A stretch of 64,000 nt of DNA from Octopus sinensis. Lineage: Eukaryota. The translations under genes and the position numbers were made by a program. The DNA is taken from the NCBI RefSeq assembly GCF_006345805.1, contig NC_042997.1, forward strand, positions 103,726,001 through 103,790,000, in the 5' to 3' direction. This document shows, piece after piece, positions 57,283 through 64,000 of the stretch. A model generated the notes under the pieces. The model was not told where the DNA came from. It saw only the letters and a list, made by a program, of their open reading frames with translations, and searched no databases. How positions within the stretch are numbered: position 1 is the stretch's first letter; each line of letters starts with the position of its first letter.

Positions 57283-58330
57283 AGAAAAATTATATTCAGG
57301 TTATACTGCGGCGAACCTAGCATACCGGTTGCGGAAGACTGCTTTATTTTATCGATCCCTGATGGATGAAAGGTGAAGTTGACATTAGCAGGAGTTGAAC
57401 TCAGAGAGTTAGTAAAGAGCTGGAACAAATTTTATAAACCATTTTTTCAGACCTCGCCAAGTTACCCGAACACTACCATCACCACCACCACCACCACCAC
57501 CATTACCACTACTACTAGACCTCACCAATTTACCCGACCACTATCACCACCACCACCACCACCATTGCTACTACTACTACTACTACTACTACTTTCTGTT
57601 TTGCCGTCTTTTCTTCCTACGTTCTCTCTTCCTTCTCTCAAATGCCCACCCCTCCCCCACTCACAGTACAATCCTGTGTACAATCCACCCCATTCCTCGC
57701 AGTACAATCCTGTATTGTCTTCACTACAATGTTTCACACAACGGCTGAAATTTTCTCTCCATTATTTCCCTCGTGTTTTTATTGTATTCACAAAATTTTC
57801 TCACAAACTTTGTTAACATTTCTTTTGTCGTTTCCCAATATCAAACGCACCCTCACTCAGTCCGCCTAGATAACACGTTTTACTTTTGCGACATCAGTTT
57901 TGTTTTGAGATACAATTGTTTTGATAAAGAAAATTATTTATTTATTTGTTCATTTAAAATATTCTTTTTTATTCCTTTCAAGCACAAAAAAAAACTTGTT
58001 TAGTTCATTCTTTCTATCGAAAAAAAAAGAGTCTCTCTCTCTCTCACTCTTCCTCTCTCTTTCCCTCTGCCCCCCCTCTCTACCCCTCATCCCCTTCCAT
58101 CCCTCTTCCTATCTCTCCTTCTTCTCTCTCTCTTTTCCTCTCTCTCTCTTTTCCTCTCTCTCCTCTCCCTCTCTCTCCTTCTTTATCTTTCTCTCCCTCC
58201 CTCTTCCTCTTTTTCTCCCATTTCCCTACACTTTCTCTCATTCCCTCCCCCCTCCCTCCATCCCCTCCCTCTCTCACTGTAACAACCAAGGATTTCAGTA
58301 ATTAAATAAATAAGGTTATTTATTTATGCA

Positions 58331-58629
58331 CCCTTTTCAAGCCTAGCCAGGCTCATGGGCTCGGTTTCCCGGTTTCTATGGCGTATGTGTTCCCCCCAGC
58401 TGGACGGGACGCCAGTCCATCGCAGCGTTTCTCAAAAAAACAGGAAGAAAGAGTGAGAGAAAGTTGGAGCGAAAGAGTACAACAGGGTTCGTCACCATAA
58501 CCTGCCAGAGCCTCGTGGAGCTTTAGGTGTTTCCGCCCAATAAACCCACACAACGCCCGGTCTGGGAATCGATTCCGCGATCCTCCGACCGCGAGTCCGC
58601 TGCCCTAACCACTGGGCCATTGCGCCTCC
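58331..58629 (-). mobile_element. SINE family C, full length
   Basis: Minus strand GGAGGCGCAATGGCCCAGTGGTTAGGGCAGCGGACTCGCGG; homologous to 9612-9891. Confidence 0.9.
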
Positions 58630-59269
58630 AGGGTTATTTATATATAAGTAAAAATGCTTCCCTTGTTTAATAGGAAGAGGGACATGAGAAGTGGATTTTC
58701 ATATCCTTCTGACTTATTTAGGATTGCTGCTACTACAAAAAAAAAAAAAAATTTGAAATCGGGGGATGAAATCGGTTCGATATGAAGATTAATATCATCT
58801 AATTACCGAGGCCTGTGAATGTGGCGAGCGGGAAGAGCCGTTAGTGCGTCGGGACAAAGTAGACTCGCGCTTTGCGGTATTTATTCCGACTGATTACGTT
58901 TTGAGTTCAAATAAAGCTGAGTTCGACTTTGCCTTTCATCCTTTTTTCAGGGATCGTTAAAATAGGTGCCATCACCAGATAGTAGAGTCGAAAAAAACCC
59001 CCCAAAAACCAAAGAATTTATAAATTATAGCGATTAGTTATTTGTGTTTCTTTATAGAGAGAAAGAAACTTAGTGACATTCAAGCATTTTTACCTGTGAA
59101 ATCAATTAACCAAATTTTAAAATTCTGTCAAGGAAAAGTCACCCTTTTCATTTACCAAAGCGCTATAAACATCAATCAACCGATACAGTGTAGCTTCTCT
59201 TTTCAATGTTACTTAATATAGTAGTGAATGCTCATGTGAATTTAGTAACTAATATGCAAGAGATAAAAA

Positions 59270-59478
59270 GGTGACGATCTGGCAGAACAGTTAGCACGCC
59301 GAGAAAAATGCTTAACGGCATTTCGTCCATCTTTACGTTCCGAGTTCAAATACCGCTGGGGTCGACTTTGCCTTAAATCCTTTCGGAGTTACTAAAAATA
59401 AGTACCAGTTGAGGTCCAGAGTCGACTTAGCCCCATCTCCGTAATTCCTGGCCTTCTGCCAAAATTTGAAACCAATAT
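59270..59478 (+). mobile_element. SINE A (short tail)
   Basis: ctggcagaacagttagcacgcc...gagttcaaatacc...ccaaaatttgaaacc. Confidence 0.82.
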
Positions 59479-60036
59479 ACTAGAGACACAAAAGACTTAA
59501 TCCTTTGTCATCAGAAGTGTTCCTGCCATGAATTCAATCCTCGTTGCCCAACCATACTACCTATAGGAAACCACTTCTTGCAAATAACTGTTCAAAACGA
59601 ACATCAACCTTAATGACATAGAGATTCTCGAGAAACGTGCAAAGGGCTGTGGATCATCGTTAAACAAACAAATAAAATAAAGTTATTGGTATTAATTATT
59701 CAGATGTGTTTTCTCCATCAAAGAACACTAAGCTAATCTTACCAAATTTCATATGGCCACCATCAAAATTCTAATTTGAATTTTTATGTGGTGAGGAAGA
59801 GACATCACTGACTCGATACGTAATATAGTATTCATTTCAGTAAGGGAAGCACCAACTGATGATATGCTTCTACATTTTTAATAAGAATAATATATATATT
59901 CATTTCAGCGTTGGGTGATACACTATTGAACAGACACGCGATTGACAAATTAATGACAGTAGAAAGGAAATATTAAAGGAAAAGTAATTAGCAATATTTG
60001 TATTAAAATTAACAATTGCTACATCATTACATTAAT

Positions 60037-60555
<519 letters not shown>

Positions 60556-60559
60556 ATCA

Positions 60560-60850
60560 TTTGACTGTTGGAGCACCGCCTTAAAGGCTTTTTTAGTCGA
60601 ACAATTCGCCCCAGGATTTATACTTTGTAAGCCTAGTTCTCTTTTGCCGAATCGCTAAGTTACAGGAACCTAAACATCCCAACATCAGTTATCAAGCGAT
60701 GGTGGTGGTGGTGACGGGGTAAAAATACATGCAAAAAGACATACACACGCACACACGACTATCAAATCCAGTCACTTGCCCAAGGTGCCACACAGTGGGA
60801 TTGAGCAAGGAACCATGTAGTTGGGAAGCGAGCTATTTACCACATAGATA
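60560..60850 (-). mobile_element. Degenerate SINE family B
   Basis: tggagcaccgcctt, gccgaatcgctaagttac, cttgcccaaggtgccacacagtggga, ggaaccatgtagttgggaagc. Confidence 0.75.
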
Positions 60851-62113
60851 TCGGGAAAAATGTATAATGTATAAAATATATACAGTTATTTATTTGAAAG
60901 TCTTTAGCAGTGTGGATTACAAACGATGTGAAAACATCTTCTCTTGTGTAAACAGTAAAATTATTGGGTATTTTCTTGCAGATTTTCTTCGTAGATAAAA
61001 GTTTATTTATTAGAGTAGTTGTACTGCACTATTTATTCTTCGGCTACTCAGACAATTTATAATTTAACATATGTAAAAAGAACTTGCTTAACAGGGTATA
61101 ATATATTCTCCTGTGAACTGCATACAAGAAGATTACTCGGCTTCGCAATTAATTAAATAGCATATATTTACATAGAACACAATGCACACCCCAAACTTAC
61201 AATGAAGACAAAAATACATTATTATCTAAAAACCTCTGATTATGGGAGTTGCGGACGATGTGAAGACATCCTATTGTTCTCATAAGTAAGCAGAAAAATT
61301 ACCGGGAATCGTATTAGAAACTCTTTCGCAGAAAATTATCATCTCCTCAGAGACAGTTTCTTTTTGTTTATGCAAATAATACAAACTGTGCTAATGCTTT
61401 ACTCATAATCTAATTATGCATTTTTATATAATTTTTCTATTATTATATGTGTGTATGGATATATATATATAGTTCAAATTTACAGAAAACAAAAGACGAA
61501 GATAGGTGAAAGAACAAGAAGGTGTATTAATTTGATGCTCCGGAAGAATGGAAAAGTCTTTGACGTCTCGATGAGCCTACGTTCTTCGAAAGAAAAGGTT
61601 CGGAAGACAAAACCGGAGAGAACAGGAAGAAAAATGTTGAGAGATAAAAATGTGTAAGAATTAACGGTTCAAGATAATGAATATATCTATACATATATAT
61701 ACAATAGTGGTCATAATATAATGGTCAATAAGAAAAAAGTTTATTGAAATAGTTATTATCGAAGATTAACAAAACGTTGAGACAAAATAGTTTACATATA
61801 TCTAGATATATTTAATATCTATCTTTCGTGAAAATTCCAAGTCAATGGAATAAATATTTCGTAAGTTATGAGGAAATAAACAAATGATCTTCCAAACTGC
61901 AGCGTCCAAAAATTAAAGGTCACTTACAAAAACAATGAAAAATGGAACAAGAACAAGAAAGAAACATACTATTAATATTTTGTGAACATCCCTTTAGTAT
62001 CAATGACCTCCTATGAATTAATTTCTTGCAAAATGATGGAGTAATACTGTTCCATTCACTTTTCAGTGTTTATGGTCAAGCCTGTAGCAGTTGAGACCTC
62101 CGGCGTTGTTTGC

Positions 62114-62365
62114 TTCTCATGGCACCAGCAGACTAAATGGAAACAGCGTTGCACCAGAGAATAGCAAGGGGAATGCACGGGATTAGCTACTCTGATTCAC
62201 GGGGCTCGTTCTTTGCTGGTGCCATATCTCCGCTAACCGCTGTTGGGGTGGAAATTGCTGTCCGCAAATAATGAGCCCCGTGAATCAGAGTGGTTAATTC
62301 CGTGCATTTCCCTTGCTATTCTCCGGTGCAACGCTGTTTCATTTAGTCTGCTGGTGCCATGAGAA
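62114..62365. other. Long imperfect hairpin (~100 bp arms, ~47 nt loop): MITE or structured RNA
   Basis: 62114-62216 vs 62264-62365: 7 mismatches and a 1 nt bulge. Confidence 0.9.
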
Positions 62366-63412
62366 ATGTTTCTATATTGTGAGAGGCAAGATTATCCATT
62401 GGATCCATTGGAGGACATCTTCATGATTTTGGATAATATCTTCCCGTTTGGTAGACTTTGTTCGTTCGCTTCCTAAAGTAATTTGTGAATATAGTAGTAA
62501 TTAACTTGAGCTTGTTTCTGAATGCCTACTGAAGATGAGTGTTATCAATAAAGAGAAGGGGGTTGAGATCGAATTCAGGTAGGCCTGTATATAAGACATT
62601 TATTCTCACATATTGTTTCGTTTGAAATTTTCAGATGTTTAATCCTGTTGTGTATTTTTCTTGTAGATGCCTGATATTATTCTGAATATTTTATGATTCT
62701 AAGGAATATAATTGTCTTCTTAGGAGTATATGTCTCAGCTACACACTTGCTATATTATTAATATTCTACTAGTTTACATCTTAAGAACTACACCTGCATA
62801 CATATATATGTGTGTATATATATATGTATAATGTATATGTATGTATATGCAAATATATACAAGCATATATACACGAATTCATACATATACACATGTGAAT
62901 CTATATGTGTACATATTTATGTATGTATACTGTATACAAATGTATTAATGTGTGTGTGTGTATATATACATATATACACACACGCATATGTATATTGTTA
63001 TAATTGGGGATGGTCATATTTTGCCAATTAAACACACGCACTATATATTTGGTCTTCACTTCAGCTTCATTATTCTTATTTTAGTTCTGTGACCTCTTCA
63101 GAGACTTTCTATCCCACGTCACAGGATGCGTGACGAAAGAGTTTTGACAAAGAAGCTAAAATAATAACAATAATAACAATAAGCTTAACTGAAGACCAAA
63201 TGCATAATGCATGTGTTTAATCGGCAAAATATAGTATGACGATATCTGTTCAACACATAATTTAACATCAAGAATCTTGCAAAACAAATACATTAACATA
63301 AATCCCGACACTTTTTTTCTCTCTCCTTGTTTTTTCTACTCTCACTCTATTCTTTTTCCTTTCATCCCTTTCTGTGGAAGAGCGTAGACTCAAAACGACC
63401 ATATATATATAT

Positions 63413-63464
<52 letters not shown>

Positions 63465-64000
63465 ATAAAGAGAGAGAGAGAGAGAGCGAGAGGTAACACA
63501 CGAGTAAGTCCCCAGACAACAGAAGAACGAAAATGCTACCTTCTTAAATTGGGTACATTTCAATTTTTTTCATAAAAATACATTAAAAGAAGAATGTTTT
63601 GGTTTTGTTTCACATGTTTCAGTTTTTGAAAAACCTTATCAAAAATATGTACTAAAATAGAATATGCAGAGAGAAAAGAACTATTAATAAAATAAAATTA
63701 AAATATACATTCATAGTTTACTTTCCTTTTTTCTGCAAGATCACGTGGTATTTTCCTCTAATTTTCGTAGCATGACAATTTGAACTGTTTGTGATGGCAA
63801 ATTACTACTGTCTGTGATGGTAAATAACATATATATATATATAAGCGTTTATCTATATGTATATATGTGTGTGTATGTGCACTTTGCTCAACAGCACAAC
63901 ACGTCACCCAGTCCAGGAACTGAAACCACACTCTTAGGCACACGTGTCACACGGCTCCATGAGACATCAAAAAAACCTTAGAGAAACCATTAGGAAGAAC

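Larger units (their letters stand above)
56575..58980. repeat. Old inverted duplication (arms ~56575-56955 and ~58641-58980)
   Basis: 34 bp perfect inverted block (56797-56830 vs 58767-58800) and a ~29 bp block TCTTCCTATTAAACAAGGGAAGCATTTTT; mirrored SINE A relics outside them. Confidence 0.85.

Overview
AT-rich, microsatellite-saturated animal DNA. The tRNA-derived SINE families look like those of octopus, so a coleoid cephalopod is inferred (not proven). No protein-coding gene could be identified by homology; nearly all ORF-track entries are translated (TA)n/(CA)n/(TATG)n/(ATCT)n repeats. The window is mostly intron-like or intergenic. It contains dozens of SINE copies from at least four head/tail types, fossils of a mariner transposase, two RTE-type LINEs and a Penelope-like RT/GIY-YIG element, several MITE/foldback and Helitron/HINE-like elements, a 100-N gap and two near-identical local duplications that may be assembly artefacts. 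Best findings: (1) a ~620 bp non-coding element at 30062-30684, inserted in (TA)n, made of a perfect 143 bp inverted repeat plus 1.3 copies of a 360 bp unit carrying an intact minimal type I hammerhead ribozyme (retrozyme or Penelope pLTR-like, possibly copied from a circular RNA); (2) a second, unrelated intact hammerhead core at 40555-40597 plus several decayed ones; (3) a ~100 bp-arm hairpin at 62114-62365 with strand-biased G.U mismatches; (4) an 18 bp minisatellite reading as HSPSLG repeats with largely synonymous variation; (5) a weak candidate spliced minus-strand small ORF near 39.2-40.1 kb.
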